DNA of 52,683 nt from positions 1-52,683 of IMG/VR virus record IMGVR_UViG_3300034008_000022. The stretch is one strand, 5' to 3'. A model generated the notes under the pieces. The model was not told the DNA's origin. It made no database searches and worked only from the letters and a program-made list of their open reading frames with translations. The stretch is from a virus (Duplodnaviria > Caudoviricetes). Shown piece after piece: positions 35,353-44,660 of the stretch (positions are counted from its first letter, which is position 1; the number at the start of each line of letters is the position of its first letter). Both the position numbers and the translations under genes were made by a program.

Positions 35353-36461
35353 AGATTCGAGCACAGCGCGCCGAGCTGGCGCAGACGCTGACGTGGGTCA
35401 CGTCAGCGATTTCCAAGCGGCCGGTGAACCCGGCCCTCGGCGGCATCCGACTGACGGCCACAGACGACCAGCTGCAGCTCCGCGCGTTCGGTGACTCCGT
35501 GGCGCACGAGATGCGTCTCGACGTGGAGGTCGGCGACGAGGGCGACTGCCTTGTCAACGGCCAGTTCCTCCGCGAGATCGTCAGCGCGCTCAAGGGCTCG
35601 GAGGTCGACCTGGACTACGACGACAGCGTGGGCCGGCTGACCATCTCGTCCGGCCGCGCGACGTACCGGGCCAGCGCGCTGACGCTGCAGGACTTCCCGC
35701 GACTGCCCGACTTCCCGACCGAGTGCGGGCGGGCGAGCGCCGAGGACTTCGCCGCGGCGGTGAGCGTCGTCAAGCACGCACCCGACGACGCCGGCGACTT
35801 CGACAACCTGCGCGGCATCCGGCTGGAGGGCGAGAGCGGTGGGATCGCCGTGGCCGGCCTCATGCCGCAGCGGATCGCGGCCACATCGCTGCCGTGGGCT
35901 CACCACCCCGCCGAGACGGACCTCCAGTGCCAGGTGCCCACGCTCGGGCTCGCGGCCGCCGTCAAGGGCATGTCCGGTGAGCTGACCATCGGCTACGACG
36001 ACGGCAGGTTCGGCCTCCGCGACTCAGTGCGCGCCGTGACACTGGCCTGCTACGCCGAGGACTACCCGGCTTGGCGCGCAGCGATCCCCGACGCGACCGT
36101 GCCGGGCGTGACCTTCGATGTGGCGGTCGCCGACCTGCTGGACGCGCTCAAGCGCACCAGCCTGCTGGTCACGATGGAGACCGCCGTCGTGCTGACGGTC
36201 ACCGCTGACGAGCTGGTCATCGACACCGACACCGAGGGCTCGGACGGGTCGGAAGGTGTCGCTATCGACGGCGTCACCGGCGAGGGAGCGGCGCGGCTCA
36301 ACCCCCGGCTGATGGTCGACGCGCTGAGCACCATCCCTGGAGGCCGCGTCCGCATGCACATCCCCGACGCGCTGAACAAGGCCGTGACCATGCGGCCCCT
36401 CGACTACCCCCACACGACCTACGCCGTGGCGCGCAAGCCCGGCACGAAGGGACGATCATGA
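35349..36461 (+). CDS. dnaN: DNA polymerase III beta sliding clamp homolog
   Basis: 370 aa; RP.NPALGGIRL, DFPRLP, YP.WR.AIP, L..ALKR motifs. Confidence 0.85.
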   Translation: MKIRAQRAELAQTLTWVTSAISKRPVNPALGGIRLTATDDQLQLRAFGDSVAHEMRLDVEVGDEGDCLVNGQFLREIVSALKGSEVDLDYDDSVGRLTISSGRATYRASALTLQDFPRLPDFPTECGRASAEDFAAAVSVVKHAPDDAGDFDNLRGIRLEGESGGIAVAGLMPQRIAATSLPWAHHPAETDLQCQVPTLGLAAAVKGMSGELTIGYDDGRFGLRDSVRAVTLACYAEDYPAWRAAIPDATVPGVTFDVAVADLLDALKRTSLLVTMETAVVLTVTADELVIDTDTEGSDGSEGVAIDGVTGEGAARLNPRLMVDALSTIPGGRVRMHIPDALNKAVTMRPLDYPHTTYAVARKPGTKGRS

Positions 36462-36670
36462 GCACGACGACTTCGAGCCGCACACTGGCACCGGTGGCCG
36501 AGGCTGTCACCCTCATGCCTCCCGCCGGCCACTCCTTCGCCGACCCGGCCGAGGATGGGTACGCCGAGGCCGTGCACGAGACGATGCGTGCTTGGCACAA
36601 CGAGACTCACCCCGGCGCCTTCCAGTCGTGCACTGAGCAGCCGTGTGACGCGATCAAGAGACTGTCGTGA
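36458..36670 (+). CDS. Hypothetical protein
   Basis: Overlaps at both ends; H..H..C..C. Confidence 0.6.
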   Translation: MSTTTSSRTLAPVAEAVTLMPPAGHSFADPAEDGYAEAVHETMRAWHNETHPGAFQSCTEQPCDAIKRLS

Positions 36671-37980
36671 CTCGATCCACGCCATACGAGTGCTTTCTGG
36701 CGACGAAGGTCGTCCGGACGAACGAGATCGGGCCCGAGATCTCGCTCGATCGGATCCACCCGCACCTGCACGACTGGCAGGCCGAGATCGTCCAGTGGGC
36801 AGTGCGTACCGGCCGCGCAGCCATCTGGGCGGACACCGGGCTCGGCAAGACCGTGATGCAGGTCGAGTGGCTCAAGCACGTCTCGGCGGAGGGCTACGGC
36901 CTCATCGTCGCCCCGCTGGCCGTCTGCCACCAGACCGTCCGGGAAGCCGCCACCGTCGATGTGCACGCCACCTACGTCCGCACGCCGGACCAGCTCGACG
37001 GCCCTGGCGTCTACGTCACCAACTACGAGATGGTCGAGCACTTCGACCCCTCCATGTTCCGCGCCGTCGTCCTCGACGAGGCGTCCATCCTCAAGCAGAG
37101 CGACGGCAAGACGCGGACCATGCTCATCCGGCACTTTGAGCCCGTGCCTTTTCGGCTCACATGCACCGCCACGCCGGCCCCCAACGATCCCGAGGAACTC
37201 ACCAATCAGGCCGAGTTCCTCGGTCACCAGTCCCGCGTGCACATGCTCGCCGCCTACTTCATCCACGACGACCAGGGCTGGCGGCTCAAGGGTCACGCGC
37301 GGGCCCCGATGTACCGGTGGATGAGCACCTGGGCTGTCGCCCTCCGTCGCCCGTCCGATCTTGGCTACCCCGACGACGGTTACCAACTTCCTGGGCTCGA
37401 GATCATCCCCGAGCTGGTCGACGTCGAGATCGAGCCAGAGGACGGCAACCTGTTCGGCGTCAAGCTCGGCGGGGTCAATGGGCGCTCGAAGATGCGCAAG
37501 CTGACGCTGTCGGCTCGGTGCGAGCGGGCGGCCGAGCTGGTAGCAGCCGAGCCTGACGAGCCCTGGCTGCTGTGGTGCGGACTGAACGCCGAGGCCGAGG
37601 AGCTCGCACGGCTCATTCCCGACTCGGTCAACGTGTCGGGCTCGTGGTCGCCCGAGGCCAAGGCTGAGGCCCTGCTCGACTTCGCTGACGGCAAGATCAC
37701 TCGCCTCATCACCAAGCCCAGCATCGCCGCGTTCGGCCTCAACTGGCAGCACTGCGCCCGCATGGCGTTCGTCGGCCTGTCCGACTCCTATGAGGCCTAC
37801 TACCAGGCCATCCGGCGCTGCTACCGCTACGGGCAGCGGCGAGTCGTTCACGCGCACGTGATCCTGTCCAGCGCCGAGCGACAGATCGCCGGCAACATCG
37901 CCCGCAAGGAACGCGAGGCGGGCTCCATCACCACCGCGCTGGTCGCCGAGATGCGCCGCGCCCGAGAGGACCGGACGTGA
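36667..37980 (+). CDS. SF2 (SNF2-like) helicase
   Basis: DTGLGKT, LDEAS, TATP, GLNWQ, QAIRR..RYGQ. Confidence 0.88.
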   Translation: MTRSTPYECFLATKVVRTNEIGPEISLDRIHPHLHDWQAEIVQWAVRTGRAAIWADTGLGKTVMQVEWLKHVSAEGYGLIVAPLAVCHQTVREAATVDVHATYVRTPDQLDGPGVYVTNYEMVEHFDPSMFRAVVLDEASILKQSDGKTRTMLIRHFEPVPFRLTCTATPAPNDPEELTNQAEFLGHQSRVHMLAAYFIHDDQGWRLKGHARAPMYRWMSTWAVALRRPSDLGYPDDGYQLPGLEIIPELVDVEIEPEDGNLFGVKLGGVNGRSKMRKLTLSARCERAAELVAAEPDEPWLLWCGLNAEAEELARLIPDSVNVSGSWSPEAKAEALLDFADGKITRLITKPSIAAFGLNWQHCARMAFVGLSDSYEAYYQAIRRCYRYGQRRVVHAHVILSSAERQIAGNIARKEREAGSITTALVAEMRRAREDRT

Positions 37981-38465
37981 CTGAGGAATGGCGCCCGGTG
38001 GTTGGGTTTGAGGGTCGGTACGAAGTGAGCAGTCAGGGCCGCGTGGCAAGCCTCCCGACTCCGAAGTGGCCCACTCGGCGCATCCTGGCGCTCGTGTGCC
38101 GGAAGCGCGACGGGTACATCGTTGCCTCGCTGTGGGCTAACGGGCACCAGGTCAACCGGAAGGTTCACCAGTTGGTCTGCGAGGCATTCAATGGTGCCCG
38201 CCCGGAGGGTGCGATTACCCGCCACCTGGACGGCGATCGTACGAACAACGTCCCAGAGAACCTTGCGTGGGGAACGTGCACCGAGAACAACCTCGACGCG
38301 GTCACTCATGGCACCCACTGGGCCGCGCGCAAAGCGGTCTGCAAGCACGGTCATTCACTGGCCGGCGAGAACCTGTACATCAACGCGACGAGCGGTAACC
38401 GCCAATGCCGGACCTGTCTCAAGCGTGCCCGTGATGACTACTCAGCCAGAAAGGCATCCGCATGA
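37977..38465 (+). CDS. NUMOD4-HNH homing endonuclease
   Basis: WRPV.GFEG.YEVS..GRV (NUMOD4); VH.LV..AF, RHLDG..NN..NL.W.T..EN. Confidence 0.9.
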   Translation: MTEEWRPVVGFEGRYEVSSQGRVASLPTPKWPTRRILALVCRKRDGYIVASLWANGHQVNRKVHQLVCEAFNGARPEGAITRHLDGDRTNNVPENLAWGTCTENNLDAVTHGTHWAARKAVCKHGHSLAGENLYINATSGNRQCRTCLKRARDDYSARKASA

Positions 38466-39361
38466 ACGCCGCGACCGACCCTTACGTCACCGACGATGCT
38501 CACGGGAAGATGTGGCGCCTCATGCTGGGGGACAGTTGCGAGCGCCTCGCAGAGTTGCCGGACGAGTCGGTGGATCTGAGCGTGATGAGCCCCCCGTTCG
38601 CAAGCCTCTTCACCTACTCACCGTCGGTCCGCGACTTGGGCAACAGCGCCACTCGGGACGACTTTCTTCGTCACTACGGCTACATCATCCGCGAGAACCT
38701 GCGGGTCACGAAGCCCGGCCGCATCGCCTGCGTTCACGTCCAGCAGCTCACCACCACCAAGGTCACGCACGGCTACACCGGCCTGACCGACTTCCGCGGC
38801 GACGTCATCCGCGCCTACGTCGACAACGGCTGGTACTTCCACGGCGAGATCACCGTGAACAAGGACCCGCAGGCGCAGGCCATCCGTACCAAGGCGCACG
38901 CGCTCACGTTCGCCACCAAGAACCGCGACAGCGCTGGCACGCGGCCCGCACTGGCCGACTACCTGCTGCTGTTCCGCAAGCCCGGCGACAACGCCGTCCC
39001 GATCAAGAACGACGTCAGCAACGACGAGTGGATCGACTGGGCTCAGCCGGTGTGGTGGGACATACGCGAGACCCGCACCCTCAACGTCAAGGTCGCGCGG
39101 GAGGACGCCGACGAGCGCCACATCTGCCCGCTGCAGCTCGACTTCATCGAGCGGTGCGTGCGCCTGTGGTCGAATCCCGGCGAGGTCGTCCTGAGCCCCT
39201 TCGCAGGCATCGGGTCAGAGGTCTACACCGCCCGCAAGCTCGGCCGCTACGGCCTCGGTTGCGAGCTCAAGCCGTCCTACTGGCAGACCGCCGTTGACAA
39301 CCTCCGGCGCCTCGATGCCGAGATGGACGCGCCGACGATCTTCGATGAGGTGCCCGCATGA
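38462..39361 (+). CDS. DNA N4-cytosine/N6-adenine methyltransferase (beta class)
   Basis: SPPF before PFAGIGSE. Confidence 0.9.
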   Translation: MNAATDPYVTDDAHGKMWRLMLGDSCERLAELPDESVDLSVMSPPFASLFTYSPSVRDLGNSATRDDFLRHYGYIIRENLRVTKPGRIACVHVQQLTTTKVTHGYTGLTDFRGDVIRAYVDNGWYFHGEITVNKDPQAQAIRTKAHALTFATKNRDSAGTRPALADYLLLFRKPGDNAVPIKNDVSNDEWIDWAQPVWWDIRETRTLNVKVAREDADERHICPLQLDFIERCVRLWSNPGEVVLSPFAGIGSEVYTARKLGRYGLGCELKPSYWQTAVDNLRRLDAEMDAPTIFDEVPA

Positions 39362-39762
39362 CGCTGACCCTCACGCTCCCCGCCGTCGACACCCCCCTCA
39401 CAGCCAACCAGCGCCTCGACCGGCACGACCGCGCCAGGATCACCAAGAACTGGCGCCTCATGGCCGCGCTGCAGGCCCGGAAAGCGGCACCGATGCAGCA
39501 CGCGCACGCCACGTTCTACGTCTCCCACGGCGACGCGCACCGCCGGAAGCGCGACGTCGCGAACTGGTCTCCGACAGCCAAGGCGGCGATCGACGGGTGC
39601 ACCGACGCCGGAGTCCTCCCCGGCGACGACGACCGCTACATCGTCGGCCCAGACCCGCGCCTCGGCCCCGTCACGGACAGCTTCGTCCTGACGCTGGTGC
39701 TCGATGACCACTGTGGCTGCCGAGAGTGCGTGGCGCGGTTCGGGACGGATGGTGCGGCGTGA
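39358..39762 (+). CDS. RusA-like Holliday junction resolvase
   Basis: RD..N...KA.IDG..DAG...DD. Confidence 0.75.
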   Translation: MTLTLTLPAVDTPLTANQRLDRHDRARITKNWRLMAALQARKAAPMQHAHATFYVSHGDAHRRKRDVANWSPTAKAAIDGCTDAGVLPGDDDRYIVGPDPRLGPVTDSFVLTLVLDDHCGCRECVARFGTDGAA

Positions 39763-39956
39763 CACGACGCACACACGCCTGCCTCGGATGCTTCGACTCG
39801 GAGAGCCGGATCACTGGGTTCTTCAGCCCGAAGAACCGGCGGACCCGGCACAAGGACCAGGTCTGCTCATGGTGCCGCCGTCGCGGCGTTTACATGCGCG
39901 ACGGCCACCTGCACGTCCCGATCGAGATCAACTGGCGAGGAGGGCGAGCCGCATGA
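39759..39956 (+). CDS. Small Zn-ribbon-like protein
   Basis: CxxC...CxxC; overlaps. Confidence 0.55.
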   Translation: MTRRTHACLGCFDSESRITGFFSPKNRRTRHKDQVCSWCRRRGVYMRDGHLHVPIEINWRGGRAA

Positions 39957-40261
39957 CCCCCAACCCCGAGCCGTGGATGCAGCAGGCCGCCTGCACGACG
40001 TCCGACCCTGAGCTGTTCTTCACCGATCAGATGGGCCGTCACACCGAGGGCTGGCGGCATCCGGCCGCCGCTGTCTGCGCGACCTGCCCGGTCACCGTCG
40101 AGTGCCTGGCGTACGCGCTGCGGATCGAAGGCGACGTCAGCATATGGGGGCGCCACGGTGTCTACGGCGGGCTCACACCGAACCAGCGGATCCGGCTCGT
40201 GCGCGAGAAGGCGATTGTTGCAGCCTCACAAGAACACCCCGCGAGATGGAGATCCGCATGA
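39953..40261 (+). CDS. whiB: WhiB-family Fe-S transcription factor
   Basis: AAC...DPELFF, C..CPV..EC, GVYGG. Confidence 0.92.
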   Translation: MTPNPEPWMQQAACTTSDPELFFTDQMGRHTEGWRHPAAAVCATCPVTVECLAYALRIEGDVSIWGRHGVYGGLTPNQRIRLVREKAIVAASQEHPARWRSA

Positions 40262-40806
40262 GCTACGAGAAGGCGTGCGAGGTCATCTGCGCAGTCGCCG
40301 ACCGCGACCGGGAGGCCGTGAACGTGGCGATTGGCAACCTGGACCGTGCGACCCTGCAATCCCTCACGGTCATGCTCGCCGCGATGGTGCCCGCCGAGAC
40401 CGGCCGCACGCCGGCGTCGGTGCTCAAGGCGCGGGCCGCGCACCTGCAGATGACCGCCGACCTCGAGGCTCCTAGCGATCTCGCTGTCGCCGCCGACCAT
40501 GTGTCCGCGATGTGCGGCATCTCCCTTGAAGCGCTCTATGGGCCCTCCCGCAACCAGGCCGTGACCGAGGCTCGGCAGGTGCTCTGCTGGGTCGCCAGGA
40601 CCGCCCTGGGCCTCTCCCTCTCCACCATCGGGCGGCATGTCGGACGAGACCACACCACCGTGCTGCACGCCGTGCGTCGGGTGACTAACGACGCTGGGAT
40701 GCGCGCGAAGGCATCGATCGTCGTGCAGTTGCTCGGCGCGGACTCCGAAACCGTCGCTGTCGGTCGGGACAGTGTCGCCATGACATCGACCAAGGCGGTT
40801 GCCTGA
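40258..40806 (+). CDS. Protein with DnaA C-terminal (domain IV) HTH
   Basis: SR....ARQV......LSL..IG...GRDHTTVLHA. Confidence 0.85.
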   Translation: MSYEKACEVICAVADRDREAVNVAIGNLDRATLQSLTVMLAAMVPAETGRTPASVLKARAAHLQMTADLEAPSDLAVAADHVSAMCGISLEALYGPSRNQAVTEARQVLCWVARTALGLSLSTIGRHVGRDHTTVLHAVRRVTNDAGMRAKASIVVQLLGADSETVAVGRDSVAMTSTKAVA

Positions 40807-41186
40807 TGGCCCGCATCCGCACGATCAAGCCGTCGTTCTGGGCGGACCTGGCAGTCGCCTCGTTGCGTCGCGATGCCCGACTGATGGCCATCGGACTGAT
40901 CTCTTTCGCCGATGACGAGGGCCGTTTCCTCGCGTCCGCCAGTGCCATCGCCGGCTACGTCTTCCCCCACGACGAACTGCCTCCGAAGGTCATCCGGCAG
41001 TGGCGCGACGAGATCGACAAGTCGGGTCTCATCGGGTTGTACGTTGTCGATGGACTGGAGTTCGGGTGGTGGCCGAACTGGACCAAGCACCAGAAGATCA
41101 ACCGACCTGCAGCGTCGCTATACCCATCGCCGCCGGGGGCCGCGATTCACGGATCATTCACTGAGTCATCACGGAGCGCTCAATGA
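40806..41186 (+). CDS. Replication initiator, N-terminal domain
   Basis: MARIRTIKP.FW, ADDEGR, W.KHQKIN.P. Confidence 0.8.
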   Translation: MARIRTIKPSFWADLAVASLRRDARLMAIGLISFADDEGRFLASASAIAGYVFPHDELPPKVIRQWRDEIDKSGLIGLYVVDGLEFGWWPNWTKHQKINRPAASLYPSPPGAAIHGSFTESSRSAQ

Positions 41187-41393
41187 GCGATCACGGAACG
41201 CCTCACGAATCCTGCACGAGTCGTTCACGCCCTCGCGCGCAGGCCCGCGTAGCGCGGGATGCGCGTCGCGTTGGAGACAGGAGACAGGAGACAGGAGTAC
41301 TCGCTGCCGCTATCTGGTCTGTGGTTGCTGTGGTTGCTGTGGTCGAGACCTGCATGCATCGAAAGTCTCTTACCGGCCAGCCAGGATGCATGC
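41143..41393. other. Putative replication origin (iteron-like and short tandem repeats)
   Basis: About 8 imperfect 11-bp units (41143-41231), GGAGACA x3, TGTGGT-NNN x3, GCATGCATC inverted repeat. Confidence 0.6.
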
Positions 41394-41415
41394 GCTCCGC
41401 AGATTCGAGGCCGTC

Positions 41416-41910
41416 ATGCCGCTGACCGAACGGCAAGCCTGGGCCATCGCCCACCTCGTCCACGAGATCCGACCAGCCTGGGATGCGGCCGGCGTCGTCA
41501 AGCAGCTCGCCAACCTCGTGCACCGTCGACCGTCCGACGTCGCCCTCGCCTGCATCCGAGCCGCCGCAGACCCCGGCGCGAAGACGCCCGGCGTCATCCC
41601 GACACCCGGGCCGCACTGGGCCGAAGGGCTCGTCTACGAGCCGTCACGGCCACCGCGTGGACCCGAGGAGTGCTCGCTGCACATCGGCCAGTGGGCCGAG
41701 AACTGCCACTCCTGCCGAGCCGACGCACTCGCCGGCGATCGCACCTTGCTCGCCGACCGCCGCCGGCCGGATCGAACCGACCAACTCGCCGAGCTGCGCC
41801 GCATCCACGCCGAGACGAAGGCGATCGCCTGCCGCCACGGGATCGACCGAGCTCGGGCCAGCTGCCACGAGTGCGACCGCCCAACTCCAGTGACGAAGGA
41901 GAATCGATGA
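41416..41910 (+). CDS. Hypothetical replication-associated protein, Cys/His-rich C-terminus
   Basis: RP.WD..G, KTP..I...G.HW, C..H...C..C. Confidence 0.7.
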   Translation: MPLTERQAWAIAHLVHEIRPAWDAAGVVKQLANLVHRRPSDVALACIRAAADPGAKTPGVIPTPGPHWAEGLVYEPSRPPRGPEECSLHIGQWAENCHSCRADALAGDRTLLADRRRPDRTDQLAELRRIHAETKAIACRHGIDRARASCHECDRPTPVTKENR

Positions 41911-42110
41911 CCACGCCCCCGGCCCTGGTAGCCGAAACCCGAGAAGCGCTGGCGAAGGCCGAGTGTGCGTGCGGCCATTTCGCCTCCTGGCACACTCGCA
42001 CGGGTTGCCATGCCGGGGCCGTTCGACAACGGTGCGCCGTGGACCGCGGAGATGTGCTGCCTGCCATGCCGGATTCGCGCCGCTCTCACCCCGAAGGGAC
42101 CAGCCGATGA
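41907..42110 (+). CDS. Small Cys/His protein
   Basis: AAGGAG SD; C.CGH...H...C. Confidence 0.55.
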   Translation: MTTPPALVAETREALAKAECACGHFASWHTRTGCHAGAVRQRCAVDRGDVLPAMPDSRRSHPEGTSR

Positions 42111-42643
42111 GTGACGTGCTGTTCGAGGCCGAAGGGCAGGCGGCGACGGCGGACATCTCAGCGTGCGGGCGATACCGCTACCACCTGACCCGCACCTGGG
42201 ACCAGGAGCGGCCGAATCTCACGTTCATCATGTGCAACCCGTCGATCGCGGACGCCCTCATCGTGGACCCGACCATCACCCGCTGCATCGGATTCGCCAC
42301 CCGGTTCGGGTACGGCGGCATCACCGTCGTCAACGCCTACGCCTGGCGCGCAACGAAGCCCGCTGACCTGTGGGCCGCCCACCGAGCCGGAGCGGACATC
42401 GTCGGCCCTGAGAACGACACCTACCTGACGGGGGAGCTGGAGCGAGCGGCCACTGCGGTGGTCCCCGTGGTGGCCGCGTGGGGTGCTCACCCGAAGCCAG
42501 ATCGGGTCGCGCAGGTGCTCGCCTTGCCCCATGCGGACGGTCTTCGGTCGCTCGGGGTGACCCGCAGCGGACAGCCGAGGCACCCGCTCATGCTGCGATC
42601 GGACACACCGCTGACGCCCTGGCCGCAGGAGGTCCTCCGATGA
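42107..42643 (+). CDS. DUF1643-family protein
   Basis: YRY.L.R.W, NPS.AD...DPT, AAWG, G.PRHPL. Confidence 0.85.
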   Translation: MSDVLFEAEGQAATADISACGRYRYHLTRTWDQERPNLTFIMCNPSIADALIVDPTITRCIGFATRFGYGGITVVNAYAWRATKPADLWAAHRAGADIVGPENDTYLTGELERAATAVVPVVAAWGAHPKPDRVAQVLALPHADGLRSLGVTRSGQPRHPLMLRSDTPLTPWPQEVLR

Positions 42644-42990
42644 GTGACGTGCCGACGCTGGGCGACCGGGAGCGGATCGCGCGGGTGCTGTGGGGGCACC
42701 AGATGGTCGACCGACCTGACCGGGTCTGCTGCTGCGGCTGGGACGTCCCAGCGCGCTACTGGTCGGTAAGGGTCGGCCGGTTCGTGAATCACCAGGCCGC
42801 CGCCGTGCTCGCTGTGCTGCCGTCGCCCGCCGTGTACGTCCGCGCCCTGGCCGACGACGAGGAACTGGTCGAGCGGACCTGCGAGACGTACCGAGCGCTG
42901 ACCGGCATGAACTACCCGTTGCCTCGCGTCATCGCGGCGATGATCCGCGCTCTCGCCGCTGCTCTCCCCACCGAAAGGACCGACCGATGA
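42640..42990 (+). CDS. Hypothetical protein
   Basis: AGGAGG SD; ATGA overlaps. Confidence 0.6.
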   Translation: MSDVPTLGDRERIARVLWGHQMVDRPDRVCCCGWDVPARYWSVRVGRFVNHQAAAVLAVLPSPAVYVRALADDEELVERTCETYRALTGMNYPLPRVIAAMIRALAAALPTERTDR

Positions 42991-43139
42991 TCAGCTACCC
43001 CCTACCCTGTCCTCATTGCGGCGAGGTCATCGACAGCGAAGATTCCATGAGCGACACCAGGGCCGACCTCGACTCCCACCTGCTCAGGAGCCACGCCGAC
43101 CTGCCGGACCCGACGCATGATCCTCGGTTCGACCGGTGA
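42987..43139 (+). CDS. 50-aa micro-protein with C2H2-like motif
   Basis: Hand-translated MISYPLPCPHCGE...LDSHLLRSH; AAAGGA SD; overlaps at both ends. Confidence 0.6.
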   Translation: MISYPLPCPHCGEVIDSEDSMSDTRADLDSHLLRSHADLPDPTHDPRFDR

Positions 43140-43492
43140 CCACCCCGGACCTGACCCCGGAGCAGCGGTCCCTGTCTGAGTTCGTCGGTCGTCTGCGTTC
43201 GGGAGAGACGCCCATGTCGAACGAGGATGCCGTCGCCTTCATCGAGACTGTTGCGGGATGGGCGCCCCGAAGCGTCGTGGCCCGCATGGTCGCGGAGGCT
43301 GAGCGGCGGGGGGCTGATCGGGCGCTACGTGAGACTGCCGACGCCTGGCAGTTCGGCGGGTGGACCGAGCTGACAGCGGTCAAGGTGGGGGCTGGGATCC
43401 CGGCGCTTGCCTACGGGCAAGCCGTGACCGACTGGCTGCGCGCCCGCGCTGCCCCGGCTCAGGTCACCACCCCCGAGAGGACAGCCGAGTGA
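43136..43492 (+). CDS. Hypothetical protein
   Basis: ALRE.AD...WLRARA motif; overlaps. Confidence 0.6.
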   Translation: MTTPDLTPEQRSLSEFVGRLRSGETPMSNEDAVAFIETVAGWAPRSVVARMVAEAERRGADRALRETADAWQFGGWTELTAVKVGAGIPALAYGQAVTDWLRARAAPAQVTTPERTAE

Positions 43493-44376
43493 CCGAGGAT
43501 CACACCGCACCGTCCGAGGTCACACGGGTGGCCCAGGATCTGAGCACCATCGTGGAGCTGGCCGCCCACCTCGACGACCAGGCCGAGCACCTGGCCAACG
43601 ATCGGGACTACCTCCCGGGCGGCATGGCCATGGTGGCCCTCGCGCCCGTGGCCAATCTCGAGGCGTGGCAGTACCGGGTCGACACCGTGATGCGCGCGGC
43701 GTACGACGCCGGCACAACGCCGCCTGAGATCGACGACACCGACGAGGACTACGAGCCGCCGCTGCAGACCCTGCTGTTCTGGTCCGAGCAGTGGCGGGTC
43801 GAGCACGGCCGCGAGATCGACCGCCGTCCCACCGTGGCCAGCGAGGCCGCCTTCATCCGCGAGTGTCTGGACTGGGCTTGGGCCAACGAGCCGCAGTTCG
43901 CGGACTTCGCCGAGGACGTGAGCAAGGCCCGGGTCCGGCTCGAGAACGTGCTGCTCGCGGGCAAGCGCAGCCAGCACGGGGTGCAGTGCTTCGACTGCCA
44001 GGTCGACCTGGTCCGCGACTCACGGGACCCGAAGGCCATCCACCACTGCACGGGACACGACGGCGTCTGCACCATCCCGCACCGCTTCTGTCCGCACGAC
44101 CGAGGCGGGCTGAGCGACGAGTGGCGTTGCCCGTCGTGCGACCGCAAGTACGACGTCGAGGCCTACCGCCGTGCTGTCGGCCATGCCCACTTCGTGCACG
44201 CCGACTTCCTACCGCTGGTCGAGTGTGCCGAGAGGACGGGAGCTCGGGGCGGAACGATCAAGGTGTGGGCCAACCGAGGTCAGGTACGTCGTCGCAAGGA
44301 CCAGGCGACGGGTCGGGTGACGTACTGCGTCGCGGACATCGAGGCGCGCTTGCCAGACGAGGGCGTTGCGTCGTGA
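43489..44376 (+). CDS. Zn-finger + HTH protein, putative late transcription regulator
   Basis: CxxC pairs and C-terminal TIKVWANRG.V; last early gene before a promoter. Confidence 0.65.
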   Translation: MTEDHTAPSEVTRVAQDLSTIVELAAHLDDQAEHLANDRDYLPGGMAMVALAPVANLEAWQYRVDTVMRAAYDAGTTPPEIDDTDEDYEPPLQTLLFWSEQWRVEHGREIDRRPTVASEAAFIRECLDWAWANEPQFADFAEDVSKARVRLENVLLAGKRSQHGVQCFDCQVDLVRDSRDPKAIHHCTGHDGVCTIPHRFCPHDRGGLSDEWRCPSCDRKYDVEAYRRAVGHAHFVHADFLPLVECAERTGARGGTIKVWANRGQVRRRKDQATGRVTYCVADIEARLPDEGVAS

Positions 44377-44394
44377 ACTACAGCCGTGTAACTT
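44366..44394 (+). promoter_or_regulatory. Putative late promoter
   Basis: TTGCGT-N17-TAACTT; GTAAC repeated 13 nt apart. Confidence 0.55.
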
Positions 44395-44459
44395 AGGGCC
44401 GTAACCGTCATGCCCACACTCAGGGGTCTGGCGGTTCCTGCATACCTGGGAGGTGTGCG

Positions 44460-44660
44460 ATGCCCGCACTCCCCACCCTGGAGCTGACCGTCATCAGCGG
44501 TGACAGCACGCGGGTCGAGGTCGAGGAAGCGCTGACCGAGATCAACGCACGCGCCAAGCGGGTGCAGACCCGTGACGGGCTGAGCCGGTTGAACCCCGAG
44601 CACGCCCGGCTGCACGCGTTCCTCGACTACCTGCTGCGGCTGTGGGAGGCAGCGACGTGA
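44460..44660 (+). CDS. Hypothetical protein
   Basis: GGAGGT SD. Confidence 0.7.
   Translation: MPALPTLELTVISGDSTRVEVEEALTEINARAKRVQTRDGLSRLNPEHARLHAFLDYLLRLWEAAT

Noticed and set aside
41143-41346. CRISPR-like mini-array
   Set aside because: Units are 7-11 bp with no spacers and no cas genes; better explained as origin repeats
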